Source: Eledone cirrhosa
Taxonomy: Eukaryota
NCBI GenBank assembly: GCA_964016885.1
Contig: OZ024753.1
Location: forward strand, 11,408,001 to 11,472,000
Reading direction: 5' to 3'
DNA length: 64,000 nucleotides
In this document: one piece after another, positions 38,704 to 54,023 of the stretch
How the letters are laid out: each line of letters starts with the position of its first letter
Numbering within the stretch: the first letter of the stretch is position 1
Program-made: the position numbers and the translations under genes
The notes under the pieces: generated by a model
What the model saw: the letters and a program-made list of their open reading frames with translations, nothing else
Databases searched by the model: none
What the model was told of the DNA's origin: nothing

Positions 38704-40660
38704 AGTAACAAATTGAACGGGAACAAAACAGAAAGGTTTATTAGTTTCACGCTCTTGAGAGTGGGGTGGTGGTGGGGAACGACGTTTTGGGCATAAGCCC
38801 TTCTTCAGGCGAAAAGTGTGTGGGAAGAGAATTCCAAGGGTGTATAGAGGAGTGGTGGAGAGACATATAGAAAAAAGGGGGTGAGAGGAAACGGTACAAA
38901 TGAAATTATAATATAAAAGCATAATAAATAAAAAAGCATAATAAAAATAAAAATAAACATGAAGTAAAACCAGTGATTTGTGGGGCGTGTTGGGGTGGTG
39001 GCGGGTGGAGTGGGAAGAGGGAGGCGGGGTGTCCGAGCGGGGAGGGCTGAAGGTGGTGTGTGTGTGGGTGTACGTGTGTGTGTGTGTGAGCATATGAAAG
39101 TAAGAGTTGAGGAAGAACGGGGTTCCATGTTCAGGAAAAGGTGTGTGTGGGGTGGGGTGTAGGTCGGTGTGTGTGTGCGTGTGTAGATGGGGAGGGGTCA
39201 GAGGGGTGAGGGGAGAGGATTCCGGAGTCTGAGTGTGTAAATATGTGGTGGTACGCACGTGTGTGTGGTGTTTATACGTGTTGTGGATGTAGGTGGCGTG
39301 TGGGAAAAATAATTTTTTGCGTGTATATCCGTGGGTGAGTTCCTAAGGTAGTTCCGTAGAGGATGTGGTGGGTTGCTGGCTAATTTTCTAGTGATGTAGT
39401 TGATTCTTGGGAGCGATGTCCAATGTGTGTAATCCGTGGTTGGGGTTGGTCGGAAGAGGGGAGATGTGGGGTGCGCGCGCAACAGGAAGTGGTCAGAGGG
39501 TCAAGGCAGGAGGAGGGTTGTGTGTCTGTGTATGCGGAGAGGTGGTCAGTGATTCAGGGCATAGCAGCAGTCGGGGAGAAGTGTAAGTGAAGAAGGTCGG
39601 TGTGTCAGTGTGTGCGGAGGTGCGGTGGACAGGGGGGAGGATGGGTAGGTGTGAAAGTTGGAGTGAGGAGGGGGGGGTCTATTAGTAGAGGTGTTAGTGG
39701 GATGTGTGTGCATGTGAGAAGGGGTGTGGGTGGGAAGGGGGAGGTGGAGAGAAAGGCGTGGGGGCCGGTGGAGGGAGTGTAGTGTACTGGTGTGTGTGTG
39801 CGTGTTTGGATGAGTGTGTGTGTGGTGAAGAGGGTGTTAGTGGGTGTTAGTATACTGGTGGTGGGGAAAGGTTGAATGCGTGTGTTAGTGGGGGTCAGTG
39901 GTGGTAGGGTGTATAGAGTGGGTGGTGTAAGGGGTGTGTGTGTTCGTGTGCGTGGGGTCGGGGTGGGGTGTTAGTGATATTAGTTGCGTGTAGAGTGGGT
40001 GGTGTAAGTGGGTGTGTGTGTTCGTGTGCGTGGGGTCGGGTGGTGGGGGTGGATATGTGTAGGCGTGAGGGTTAGTGGTGGTAGTAGGGTGTGTGGTTAG
40101 TGTGAGCGCGTGTATATATGAACCGGTGGCTGTTTGCGTGTGATAAGGAGAGGGGAGAGAAGAAAGGAGGGATGTTAGTATTGTTAGTTGGGGAAGGGTG
40201 GTTGGGTGTGGGGTGGGGGTGTTAGTATTGTTAGTTGTGGGGGTGGGCGGTGAAAAGGAGGAGTGTGTTAGTGGTGTTAGTGGGGGATATGTGTGCGGGG
40301 AGGGGGGAGGGCGGTCGAAGGCTAAAGGAATAAGGGTTGGGAGTTCAGGCCGGGGTGGAATGTGGGTCTTTAGGGTGAAGATGGTTCGTTGTTCGACCCT
40401 GAGGAGGGTGGCGGGTGTTCCTTGGCATTGGAGTAGGCCACAGACTGTGAGGTGGTGCGCGGAATGTCCAGAAGAGCCAAAGTGGCGGGCGATGGGGGAA
40501 CTACCGCCGAGACGAATATCTCGGAGGTGTTCGGTAACTCGGTCCGCCAGGCGACGTCCAGTCTGTCCAACGTAGGTTGCGCTGCACTCCCTGCAGCGAA
40601 GTCCATAGACTAGGTTGGAGGTGGTGCAGCGGAAGGCATGCCGGACAGTGAGGGAGTGGT
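38704..40660 (-). mobile_element. 5'-truncated Penelope-like element: GIY-YIG, long C/A-rich 3' region, pLTR
   Basis: [36 protein letters not shown] at about 40350-40660. Hammerhead at 38780-38811 and AATAAA at about 38738-38743. (TA)n at both ends. Confidence 0.88.
38780..38811 (-). ncRNA. Minimal hammerhead motif of Penelope pLTR (G12A decayed)
   Basis: CGC-CTGAAGA-AGGGC-TTAT-GCCC-AAAACGT-C-G. The canonical form would read CCC-GAAACGTC. Confidence 0.8.
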
Positions 40661-40718
40661 ATATATATATATATATACATATATACATATATATATACAT
40701 ATATATGTATACGTATAT

Positions 40719-40758
<40 letters not shown>

Positions 40759-40778
40759 ACGTATATACACACACACAC

Positions 40779-40828
<50 letters not shown>

Positions 40829-41699
40829 TAAAATAACAGATTAAAGTTTAAGCAAATATATATATATGTATATATATATATATGTGTACATATATATATA
40901 TGTAAATATATGTACATATTTATATATATATATATATATATATATAGTAGCACAGCACACATATTTCCATACTAACACCATTTTATATGATTCCCGTCAT
41001 ACAGCCGCCCCCACCCCTCCAAGACATACGTCATCTCAACATAATAGCCAAATCCACTACTAGAAGAGCAACATTAAAAGACATCAAACAACCAAGAAAG
41101 AATTTGGCGTGAAAAAATAACAAACACGCACAAAAACATATAATACCAGATGTAATATCAGAAGCGAATCTGCATAGAGAGTAGTATGTAATTACTGTGT
41201 AGTAAATACTATAAAATATATAGTTGGATGTTTTATTGTTAGTTTCAAGTGATGTTGAACTAATCAACATATAAATAAAAGAAAGAAATTGTAGAATCTA
41301 TCGCACCTGCTTCATGAGAAACTTATGTCTGCAACCATTTACTTACAACTGGTATGAAGTGAAATTTTTAACATATGTTTTATTGGAAAATGTATGACTA
41401 AGAAACGTTGACATTTTTTTAAATTGGTTTATTCACAGACTGCATTACGAGTTGTGTTAACTAGATTTACAACTTAAGCGAATTGATTCTGTTACTACAG
41501 ATTCATGATATCAAATTCTGTGTAGGAATCTTTACAATTGAGAATGATTTAGTTTACGTATGTACGAGGAAAATTCATATACTGTTCTTTTGAAGCTTAC
41601 TTATGATTGTGGGTGTGTTCCTGTTTAAACATAAATGATTCTCTCTCTCTCTCTCTCTCTCACTCTCTCTCTCATTTAAACATAAATGATTCTATCGCC

Positions 41700-41862
<163 letters not shown>

Positions 41863-42039
41863 GCAAATTGGGATTCGCAGCTATTAATATGCATAAGGTA
41901 AGTATATAAGTATATACGTTCAACAATCTGGCAGGGGGTATACGTTGCTGTCGATACCTAATAAGCTTGAAACTAGTACAGCGTTCCTTTGTCAGTGTTG
42001 AACAAACGAGCAACGATGGTTGCTGGACACTACGGCTTA

Positions 42040-42245
42040 ATACGGGATGTTTGTTTACAAACACACCGAGCATTATAATAAATGTTCGGTGAATCCATAC
42101 GTACATATATATATGTGTGCATGTATGTATATATATATACATACTACTGTATGTCTGTATATATATATGTATGTACGTGTACATACTTATATTTAAGTAA
42201 CAGCCGTACTAAGAGTGGGAAATGAAATTTCGTTTCATTTTTTCC
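42040..42245 (+). repeat. Unclassified dispersed repeat (family F)
   Basis: Homologous to 60570-60790 (+) and 52293-52450 (inverted and folded back). Confidence 0.7.
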
Positions 42246-42249
42246 GTTT

Positions 42250-42726
<477 letters not shown>

Positions 42727-42768
42727 AAAGAACACAAGAGCGTCTACAACATCAACAGATTTGTATTG

Positions 42769-42813
42769 GTTTACAATGTTTCTTCCTTACGTAACCGTAG
42801 GATTCGTCAGAGC
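42769..42813 (-). ncRNA. Type I hammerhead motif (stem I weak)
   Basis: GCT-CTGACGA-ATCCTACG-GTTA-CGTAAGGAA-GAA-ACATTGT-A-AAC, inside a 350-bp island (42725-43072) between (TA)n tracts. Confidence 0.65.
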
Positions 42814-43293
42814 TATAAAAGGGGTTTGATTGGTGTTATGGACTCTACCAACCAAACATTCAAGAACAAAGAGTCAAGAGAGTAAAGAGCAAACGCAGGG
42901 GACGATAAGTCTAATTTTGGTGCGGGAGGGTTTTGTGTGGGTCCTTGTTTACTAGCTGCGGTCATATTCATTCCCGAGAGTCGAGTGGTTAGTTGAGCCA
43001 TAGATGGGGTGGCGTCGATTGTAGGGTGCAGAGGGTGTGCAGAGGCTACACAAACACAAAGGGCATACAATATTTATATATATATATATATAACGGAGGA
43101 GAAAGTACATGAGGTAATTAGAAATGGAAAAAGAGTAATAATAATAATCTATTATTAATAATGTATAATAAGGCATGGGGAAGATTACACTATAATAAGG
43201 TATAAAAGTAAGAATAAGGTAAAATATAAAGGAGGATAAAAGTGAAAATAAGAATAAAGATAAAAATATATATATATATAAATAAAAAAAAAC

Positions 43294-43363
<70 letters not shown>

Positions 43364-43371
<8 letters not shown>

Positions 43372-43535
43372 AGATCAAAAGATGGTTAAAGGAGTTCCAT
43401 GTATTTTATAAAATACATGGAACTCCTTTAACCATCTTTTGATCTTATATTATGTATACTCCAGTCCTACAAACTGTAGAATGCTTCTTATCCGATATCT
43501 GCATTGCTTTATTGTACTACAATAAAACTCACCTC

Positions 43536-43540
<5 letters not shown>
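43364..43540. mobile_element. Fold-back element: perfect 90-bp palindrome plus tail
   Basis: 43364-43453 is a spacerless perfect palindrome. The tail 43457-43540 is homologous to 62262-62346 (minus). Confidence 0.85.
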
Positions 43541-43570
<30 letters not shown>

Positions 43571-44194
43571 TTGAATTTGAATTTTAGCCATGTTATATTG
43601 AGATGTAAGTAAATGTAAAATGTAAAATATAAATAAGGATTGTTCTGGTAAAATATACTAAAATATTTGTGTAACCTCCACACACTTCAAATTTTGCAAA
43701 GAGAAGAAAAGGGACAAATGAACTAGATACATCTCACTGTCCCCCACCACCACCACAATAACGTCTACACTCGCTCCCCACCATCACAGGTCATTATCCT
43801 ATCTAGACTAAAGTCATCGACCTGTTGTCAAACTCTCTACTCTGTGTTGAATGTGTAGTATGTATATGTGTGTATATACATCACTCAGTCAAACGACCTG
43901 ATTTCAACCCCAACATCTACAACAACAACACCGGCACTAATGTTCACAGCAACAAGAGCTTCAGAATGAATTGAAATGAACATTTACAACAACAACAACA
44001 ACAGCGGCATCAAACGATAAAAAAAAACAAAAAGAAACACCACAAACAAACAAAAAACTCAAAATAATAAAACACACACACACGCACACAACACGACAAC
44101 ATCAACTGCAACCACCACCACCACCACCACCACCACCGCCGCCATCACCATCACCAGCGACCGGGCCTTAAGAAAACAACTTTAATAATAATAA

Positions 44195-44500
44195 TAATTT
44201 TTCTGCTTTTGGCACGGATCCAGCGACTGGTTCAGCGCATTACTGGTACTCTCTTTTGTTGACTCCATGGGGATGAAGGGCAAGGTTGACCTCGGCAGGA
44301 TTTAAACTCAGAGCGTGGAGAGCCATGGCTCTATGCTGTAAAGCAATTATAATAATACTGGACTGTAATACGAACGGCTTCAACTATACGAACTCTTGAA
44401 AGTCAACAGTTGACATAATCTTGTAATCTTGTATCAGTAATTGTTTCTACTTTAGGCACAAGGCCAGCAATTAACAGTGCATTACTGGTACTTTATTTAT
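44195..44500 (-). mobile_element. Diverged SINE A copy plus 3' fragment
   Basis: 44195-44345 and 44438-44500. Confidence 0.75.
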
Positions 44501-44699
44501 CAGTAATGACGGTAATATATATATATGTGTGTGTGTGTATGTAAGTGAGTAGCGTGTGTGTGTTTGTTTGTATGTATGAGTGTTGCTGTGTGCGCGCGTA
44601 TGTATGCGTGTGTGTGTGCGCGCGTATGTATGCGCGTGTGTGTATGTCGTACGTACAAGTGAGTTTTTTTGTTTTTTTTGCGCGGGGACATAGAAATAA

Positions 44700-47519
44700 T
44701 CGGGCTGGATGCCCGATCGCGCAGTTAAACCACTGGGGGTGAAGAACCCCTAGCCCTTGTCAGGGCATTCTTCTAGGAGAAGGCATCTCAGGAAACTGGG
44801 TTAACTCCGACATAAAACCTGCGGCTCAGTAGTTACAGATGATGTTGATCTTTTCTTCTTTTCGGGTTATAGCTACTGTCGCTCAGAGAGTGGGATTGGC
44901 TCAGTGCACAGTCTTTCCTCACTTTAAAAATATTCGTCACGCACAGGCATTGCACGAGTGCATTAATAATTATTAATAGTGTACTATTATTATTATTATT
45001 ATTGTTACTATTATTATTACTTTTTTTTTTCCAATTCAATGATGTTCCAGAACAATATAAAAGAGACAATTGGCAATTTAGGTTCTGGAACAAAAAAAAA
45101 TAATTGGCAATAAGGGCAGGGGCCCCAGGTTATCACAGCCTGGGCCCGCTCGTCATCGTGCCATTGTAATAGAGTCAAACAAGGCATTTAGTCTTGGCTG
45201 CTGGAACGTACGGACGCTGCTTGACAGGGATTGCTTGGAGCGTCCTGAACGAAGGACCGCTCTTGTTGCAAAGGAGCTTCGACGTTACGATCTTGACATC
45301 GTGGTTTTATTTGAGACGAGGTTAGCTGGAGATGGTGATCTTACAGAATTTTGTGGAGAATATACATTCTTCTGGAAAGGAAGAGATGAAGGAACCAGAA
45401 GAGAGGCTGGGTAGGATTTGCTGTTAAGACTGTTCTTGTGAATAAATTAGAAAAATTCCCAGTAGGGATTAGTGAGCGTCTTATGTCCATGAGAATTCCG
45501 CTGGACAAAGGAAGATATGCGACCCTGGTGAGTGTGTATGCTCCAACTATGAATTCTGTCGATGAAGAAAAAGTTTCCTTTTACCATACCTTGAAAGGTT
45601 TTTAAGAAATATCCCTCAGGCAGACAAAGTCATCGTGCTTGGTGACTTTAATGCTAGAGTGGGTAGGGATTTTAACACATGGAATGTAATCGGAAGGCAT
45701 GGGGTGGGAAAGTGTAACAACAATGGTATGCTCCTGCTGCAGATGTGTGAGGAGCTGGATCTGTGTGTTACCAACACCATGTTCCAACAAAAGAACAAAT
45801 TCAAGACCACATGGATGCATCCTGCATCTAAGGAATGGCATCTTTTGGACTACGTCCTAGCCAGGATGCGTGACAGACAGGATGTGCAGTGTGTTCGTGC
45901 TCTTCGTGGAGCTGACTGTTGGACGGACCACCGCCTGGTACGCGCAAAGGTGAAACTAATCACTAAACGTAAAATCCGGACTCCAGGTGTTGCCCTGCCC
46001 AAAAGATTGAATGCTGCTCGTCTTAAGGATAAAAATGTGAAGAGGACATTGGAAGAAGAGATGCAGGTTGCAGATCTTGGTGAGGATTGGCCGACCCTTA
46101 AAAAGTCGGTTTATGATGTAGGCAGGAGTGTTCTGGGATTGGTGCAGAGAAAACATCAGGACTGGTTTAATGAGAATGATGTACATATAGAAGACTTGTT
46201 GGCTGATAAGAGGCGTGCTCTGTCACGCTACTTGACGGCAAAACCACAGGAGAGGAATAAGTTGCATGATTAACTCAAGGATGTAAAATCACGTGTTAGG
46301 CGGAGTCTTTCTCAGATGAAGGATCAGTGGTGGAGTGAGAAGGCTGGTGAGATACAAACTGCGTCAGATTCCAATAACACAAAGCTGTTGTACAGTCTCT
46401 TGCGTGAAGTTTATGGACCGTCTTCTTCTCTGGTGACACCGCTTGGCAGCAAGGATGGCAAATAACTTCTTCGTGATTAACAAGGAATTCTACGAAGGTG
46501 GCGAGAGCACTTTGATGATCTTTTGAATCAGCCGTCTGTCGTAAGTGAAGATTTCCTCAATCTCATTCCAGAAAGTCCTGTGAAAGTAGCTCTCGCAGAA
46601 CCTCCGACGCTTGTGGAGGTTGCAGTGGAAGCTGAACAGTGGAAGGTCTCCAGGTATGGATGGCATACATGCTGAGCTCCTACAATATGGTGGTGAGAGA
46701 CTCCTGCAATATCTTCACTCTTTGTTTGGCAGGATATGGGCTAATGAATCCGTACCTGAGGACTGGAGAGATGCAGTAATGGTGGTCTTGTAGAAGGGAA
46801 AGGGTAACAGGAATGATTGTGGGAACTACAGAGGTATATCATTGCTTTCTGTCGTAGGGAAAGTTTTATGTAGGGTGCTTCTGGACCGTCTGCTGACACA
46901 CATTGCAGATTGTGTTCTTCCTGAAAGTCAATCTGGTTTTCGTGCTGGATGCGGCACTACTGATATGATCTTCTCAGCTAGACAGCTCCAGGAGAAGTGC
47001 ATGGAACAAGGTTTGGATCTGTATCAGGTTTTTGTCGATCTGACAAAAGCTTTCGATACTGTTAACAGAGTTCCATTATGGAAGGTTCTCCAGAAACTTG
47101 GTTGCCCTGATAAGTTCCTTGCTTTAGTTAGGTCTTTCCATGACGACATGAAGGCTTGGGTTAATGTCGGAGGTAACATGTCGGAGCCTATCTCAGTAAA
47201 AAATGGAGTGAAACGGGGATATTCCAGCACCGACCCTGTTTGCCATATACTTTGCAATGGTTTTCTGTATTGCATTCAGGAATTGCGAGCATGGTGTTTA
47301 CATCCGATATCGAACCTCAGGCAGCATATTTAACATCAGGCGCTTTGCTGCAAAGACAAAAGTATTTACATCAATCATAAGAGACCTCTTGTATGCAGAT
47401 GATTGCGATCTTGTAGCGCACACAGAGAGTAATAAGCAGCACATTTTGAATGCATTTTCTGACGCTTGCACTGCCCTAGGATTGACTGTCAGTCTCAAGA
47501 AAACCGTCGTCATGTACCA
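44700..47519 (+). mobile_element. RTE (BovB-like) LINE with 5' UTR, APE endonuclease and RT; 3' end lost; multiple stops and frameshifts
   Basis: WNVRTLLD (about 45202), SVYAPT, LGDFNARVG, TWMHP, LDYV, TDH, SPGMDGI, NYRGISLLS, QSGFR, FVDLTKAFDTV, LLYADD. Ends abruptly in (TA)n. Confidence 0.92.
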
Positions 47520-47619
47520 TATATACATATATATATATGTATATATGTTTATATATATATGTATATATATATATATGTATATATGTATATATATATGTAT
47601 ATATATATATGTATATATG

Positions 47620-47959
47620 TTTTCTGTCTTTGCGCGTAATTGTTTTTTACCGCTCCTATTAATGACGTATTATATTCGTTTTTTCCCGTTCTTTGCCAGG
47701 GAACGTTTCCACGAACCAAAGTATCGTCTTCCTGTCTTCCTCCGGTTGCAACGTTTTTTGAAATATCCAGTTCTGCGTTTACAGATTGACTTTGTTAGTT
47801 TCAGAAGATCCCGTTAAGGGTGAAAGTTGCGATTCTTTGCTTAAACTTTAATCTGTTATTTTAATAAATATTTGCTCTACGGTTCTTATATATTTGATAT
47901 ATATTTATCCTTATCGAGCCCTATTTGGATTTTAGTCTTCAAATTTATTATTATTACTA

Positions 47960-47960
<1 letters not shown>
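47620..47960 (+). mobile_element. pLTR-like repeat family G with hammerhead-like motif
   Basis: CAGAAGA-TCCC-GTTAA-GGGT-GAAAG at 47802-47826. Rearranged copy at 52505-52647 and a fragment at 40823-40856. Confidence 0.55.
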
Positions 47961-48775
<815 letters not shown>

Positions 48776-49235
48776 CTGTATATGCCTGCGTATGTAAAAA
48801 AGTCTAATGCGCTAAATGTGTTTTTTATATGTGAATATTTATTACGTAAATGAAAATCTCTTAAGATGAATTAAAAGATTAACAATTCATTTATTTAAAT
48901 CGTCTGTATGCCGTCAAAAAAATTACCAATTCCGTTGCACACTTAATGTTTGGCATATGAGTATGTGTGTTTGTGTGGCACCGTATTTGTACTAGCAAAA
49001 TACCCGTAATACATGCTTATTAAATACATACATAGGGTTCATTGTATCAGTGCACACATTTATATACACATGAAAATAAGTTACACTAACCAACAGTTGC
49101 GAAAATATAGTATGACTAAATTTAATGGTCAATCTTTCGATCGTATTTAAACAGCATACGCATTTTCTTCTCCGAAATTTATTATCTTCACCTACTTTGT
49201 CATCATGAAGTATCATATATTGGGTCATCCAATAA

Positions 49236-49715
49236 ATAATTTTTTCTGCTTTTGGCACAAGGCCAGCATTTATCCCAGTGCATTACTGGTGCTTTATTTT
49301 ATCGATCCCGTAAGAATAACAGGCAAAGTTAACCTCGGTGGGATTTGAACTCAGAACGCAAAGGTTCATGTGTCTGACGCATGGTGTTTGACGCTCTACC
49401 GATACTGCCAGTCTACCGATGCAGTTTCTTTCAATTGGATGCCATAAAAGACTGAGGGTGGGGAGATAAACACCTGTAGAAAGTTGCTATAAAAACAGAT
49501 ATTGAAGTCTGTAGTATTACTGCAAGCTTTGGATTGGCAGTATCGGTAGAGGGTCGGACGGCCTGCTTAGTAGCATACAGTTACGGCCCTTTATGATCTG
49601 AGTTCAAATCCTGCCGAGGCTAATTTGCCTTTCATCCTTACGGGGTCGATAAAATAAGGTACCAGTAATACACTGGGCGTAATTGCTGACCTTGTGCTAA
49701 AAGTAGAAACAATTA
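49236..49715. mobile_element. Head-to-head pair of SINE A copies
   Basis: 49236-49418 (-) and 49531-49715 (+, TSD TTACTGCAAGCTTT). Confidence 0.88.
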
Positions 49716-51114
49716 TTACTGCAAGCTTTAAAAAGTACAGTTCATCTAAAATTTTAAAAGTAAAAGAAGTATAAAGGAAAAAAATATTAAGGGATGTCCT
49801 TATATTTTCCCCACCGGTATATTTTAATATCTAAAGGCATACATTATCAATGATTATTCTATTGTCTATATTGATTCATATAACACCAATCCCAAACTAT
49901 TTGTTGTAAATTGTGTATGATATATGATGTAACCATATTATTTATAAAAGATATAATACGGAGAGAACTGCATTACCAGAATTATATATGTTTCCAAATC
50001 ATCACCACAGAGCAGTTAGTGGGATTGACTCAGTTTAAGCTGTTAAATCAACAGCATCAATATTTACTGCACGCATGTCTGAATGAAAAAGATAAAGTCT
50101 TATAGAATTGAAGCAGTTGTACATGCTTGTGAATTTAAATTTGTGTATGTAATTCCCCCGTCCGTCTTTTCCCTGTGTTGTCATATTTTATATTCATCCC
50201 AAACGCTACTATGTTATGTAATTGCACGAGCTCTTTTCTTTCAGTGACACGATACTTTCTAAAGCCTGAATGTATCGACATAATCTACCCCATGACAATA
50301 ATAGTGAATAAACTGCTATATATTGCTTACTCAAAATCCCCATAAAAAAATTCCTGTTATATATAAACACATTCAAACATTCGGAGTAAGGTTTTACCAC
50401 TTCCCTATACAAATATATATGCAATTTAAAAGACAATAACGTTCACTATTAAAAAACACCCATTCAAACAACGATGGAAAATCCGTCTTCTCTATATAGT
50501 ATGGATGTATGGTCACGTAACATTTGATGGAGTGGTAGGGACACCATATTGACACATAGCGTTTCTTTCGCATATCGTCTCCAGGTCAGAATACAGTAGA
50601 AGGATAGAGAGTGAGAGAAAGGAAATGAGAAAGAGACATAGAGGAAGAATCGACCCCGGTACTTGACTGGTACTTTTTTTTTATTGACCTTGAAAGGATG
50701 AAAGACAAAGTTGACCTCGGTGGGATTTTAACTCAGAGAGCAGAGAACCGAAATGAATTCTACAAAGAATTCCATCCAGCGTTCTAACGACTCTGACAAT
50801 TCGCCGACTAGAGTAGAACAATATCTGACTTCCATTGAAGACCTAGCTTTCATGCGACAGAGTGAGAGAAAGGAAATGAGGAAGAGGTATATAGGAAGGA
50901 TCGACAGCAATAGTAGACTGGTACTTGGCGGGATTTGAACTCAGAAAGCAGAGAGTCGGAACAAATACTGCAAAGCACTCTGACCAACGTCACACTTCTA
51001 AGTACATTAAGGATTCCTTACACAATGAACTTAGATTTGCCGCCAGGTGTATCAGTCTTGTAAAGTATTTAGAAAATTGAGACAAATGAACGGGATTTAT
51101 GAATACTAAAATAC

Positions 51115-51535
51115 ATTCCAATCCAGACGGCATGGCCACCTTCCTACGGCAACCTGGTGCAGTCTGCGACTAACCCAGGCTTTGTTGCGCTTCGGGCTAA
51201 GAAGGGTAAAATCTCCAAATATCGGTTGTTCTCCGACAGGTTTACAATCGATCCCCTAGTAGTGGAGACATCTGGTGTTTTTGGCCCTCTGGCCACCCCT
51301 CTACTCACTACTATAGGGGTAGAGCTGGCTAAGCGCAGGTGTGAGCCTCGCGAGCTGAAATGGCTCTTTCAACGCATCTCCGAGGAAAACCCTTCTCTAT
51401 TCTGTCCGCCGGGGCCGTGGGGCGGCCGACGCGTGGGTCCCCATTTGCTCATAATAGTGAGAGATGTGGAGAGAGGGAGAGACGGAGGCGATGACAGTGG
51501 GAGTTTGGTTCATCTGTTTTCGGACCTTGTGTACA
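51115..51535 (+). mobile_element. CRE-type RLE LINE 3' fragment
   Basis: PDG at about 51123, then KISKY..DPLVVETSGVFGP..IG..ELKWLFQRIS. Confidence 0.75.
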
Positions 51536-51592
51536 TGTGTGTGTGTGTGTAATTTTACAATTTCGACCCTTTCATTTGTTGGGGAATTTCAA

Positions 51593-51772
51593 ATAATTGT
51601 TTCTACTTTTGGCACAAGGCCAACACTTATCCCAGTGTACTTTATTTCATCGACCCCCGTAAGGATGAAAGGCAAAGTTAACCTCGGCGGGATTTGAACT
51701 CAGGCCGCAAAGGGCCATAACTCATTACTGAAAAGCATGGCGCCCGACCCTCTACCGATACTGCCAATCCAC
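51593..51772 (-). mobile_element. SINE family A
   Basis: Head, B box, central domain and tail present. Confidence 0.9.
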
Positions 51773-52215
51773 AAATATAAATTTGGTAAATATATTCGCT
51801 TTCATAAAATGAGATTGTGTTATAGACATGATATTGAAGAAAAATAAAAGCCATGTATTTCTAGTCAATTAACATACAGATATCACATTCTACGCAAAAA
51901 AGACCAATAGATAAAAGTTTCACACATCTACTACTGCTTTCTTTTTTTCGAACAAACAATCAACACTTGATTTACTGCTGGTTAATCACATTTTAATTTA
52001 TTTTTAGATTCATCTTGCATGCATTTTGTCGTATTGCAAATCTACGCCAATAATTGCAAAATTCAGAGTTATAATTTTAGAAACTTCAGCTCCTAATAAA
52101 ATGTGCACATTTTACATTTTCTATTGAATAAATCGTCTGCCCATTGGAAACACATATATCTGCCTGTCAATCTCTCTCTCACTCTACCACACCTATACAT
52201 ACACACACACGAGTA

Positions 52216-52295
<80 letters not shown>

Positions 52296-52443
52296 TATGT
52301 ATGTATACATACATACATATATGTATACAGACGTACAGTAGTATGCATATATATATATATATATACATACAGGTACACACATATATATGTACGTATCAGT
52401 TTAGCGGTTAGTTAAACTGATACGTACATATATATGAGTGTAC

Positions 52444-52511
<68 letters not shown>

Positions 52512-52709
52512 TAAAATAACAGATTAAAGTTTAAGCAAAGAATCGCTGCTTTCACCCTTAACGGGATCTTCTGAAATATATTTGATATATATTTATCCTT
52601 ATCGAGCCCTCTTTGGATTTTAGTCTTCAAATTTATTATTATTACTATATATATATATATAAACGTATATATATATATATACATACACACATATATATAT
52701 ATATAAATG

Positions 52710-52751
<42 letters not shown>

Positions 52752-52754
<3 letters not shown>

Positions 52755-53177
52755 CTGTAGTGGAGTCTGTGCTGCTGTATGGGTCTGAGACTTGGACACT
52801 GACCAAGAGACTCACTCAGATGGTGGATGGGTGCTACACGAGAATGCTGAGGATGGCTCTGAACATTAATCAGTATACACTGAGGATGAAAAACTCAGAG
52901 CTGTATGGGAGCATCCCAAAAGTCAGCTCAAAAGTGACACAGAGGAGACTGAGGTTGGCTGGACATGCTCACCGACATCCAGAGTTGACATTGCACTCAG
53001 TGCTCCTTTGGGAGCCCCTACATGGACACACTAGAAGAGGAAGACCAAGGTTAACATATGTTGATGCCCTAAGGACAGACACTGGTCTGTTGGAGATGCA
53101 GGATATGGCAGCGATAATGAGGGACAGAGACCGCTGGAGAGAACTCGTCCATGGATCTCGGGAATTTTACCCGCCTT

Positions 53178-53179
<2 letters not shown>
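52752..53179 (+). mobile_element. RTE-clade LINE 3' fragment inside (TA)n
   Basis: ESVLLYGSETWTL, TRMLRMALNI, RRLRLAGH, GRPRLTY, DRDRWR; open frame to the stop at 53179. Confidence 0.88.
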
Positions 53180-53204
<25 letters not shown>

Positions 53205-53216
<12 letters not shown>

Positions 53217-53228
53217 TTTAAATGTATT

Positions 53229-53259
<31 letters not shown>

Positions 53260-53309
53260 ATTTAAATGTATTTATATATATATATATATATACACATATA
53301 TTTAAATGC

Positions 53310-53397
<88 letters not shown>

Positions 53398-53508
53398 TTA
53401 TTTAAATGCATCTATATATATATACACATATATTTAAATGCATTTATAAATATATATATATACAGATTTATTTAAATGTATTTATATATATACACATATA
53501 TTTAAATG

Positions 53509-53570
<62 letters not shown>

Positions 53571-53669
53571 TTTAAATGTATTTATATATATATATATATA
53601 TATACACATATTTAAATGTATTTATATATATATATATATATACACACACATATATTTAAATGTATTTAA

Positions 53670-53703
<34 letters not shown>

Positions 53704-53927
53704 GTATATTTAAATGTATTTATATATATATATATATATACATACATATATTTAAATGTATTTATATATATATATACACATATATTTAAATGTGTATATA
53801 TATATATACACATATATTTAAATGTATATATATATATACACATATATTTAAATGTATTTATATATATATATAGACATATATTTAAATGTATTTATATATA
53901 TATACACACATATATTTAAATATTTAA

Positions 53928-54010
<83 letters not shown>

Positions 54011-54023
54011 TTTAAATATTTAA

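Noticed and set aside
42205-42242. Hammerhead in family F (CTAAGAG..GAAATTTC)
   Set aside because: The core does not match CUGANGA in either copy and there is no stem II.
49950-50090. Possible minus-strand exon after a TTTTCATTCAG acceptor
   Set aside because: All three frames hit stops within about 15 codons.
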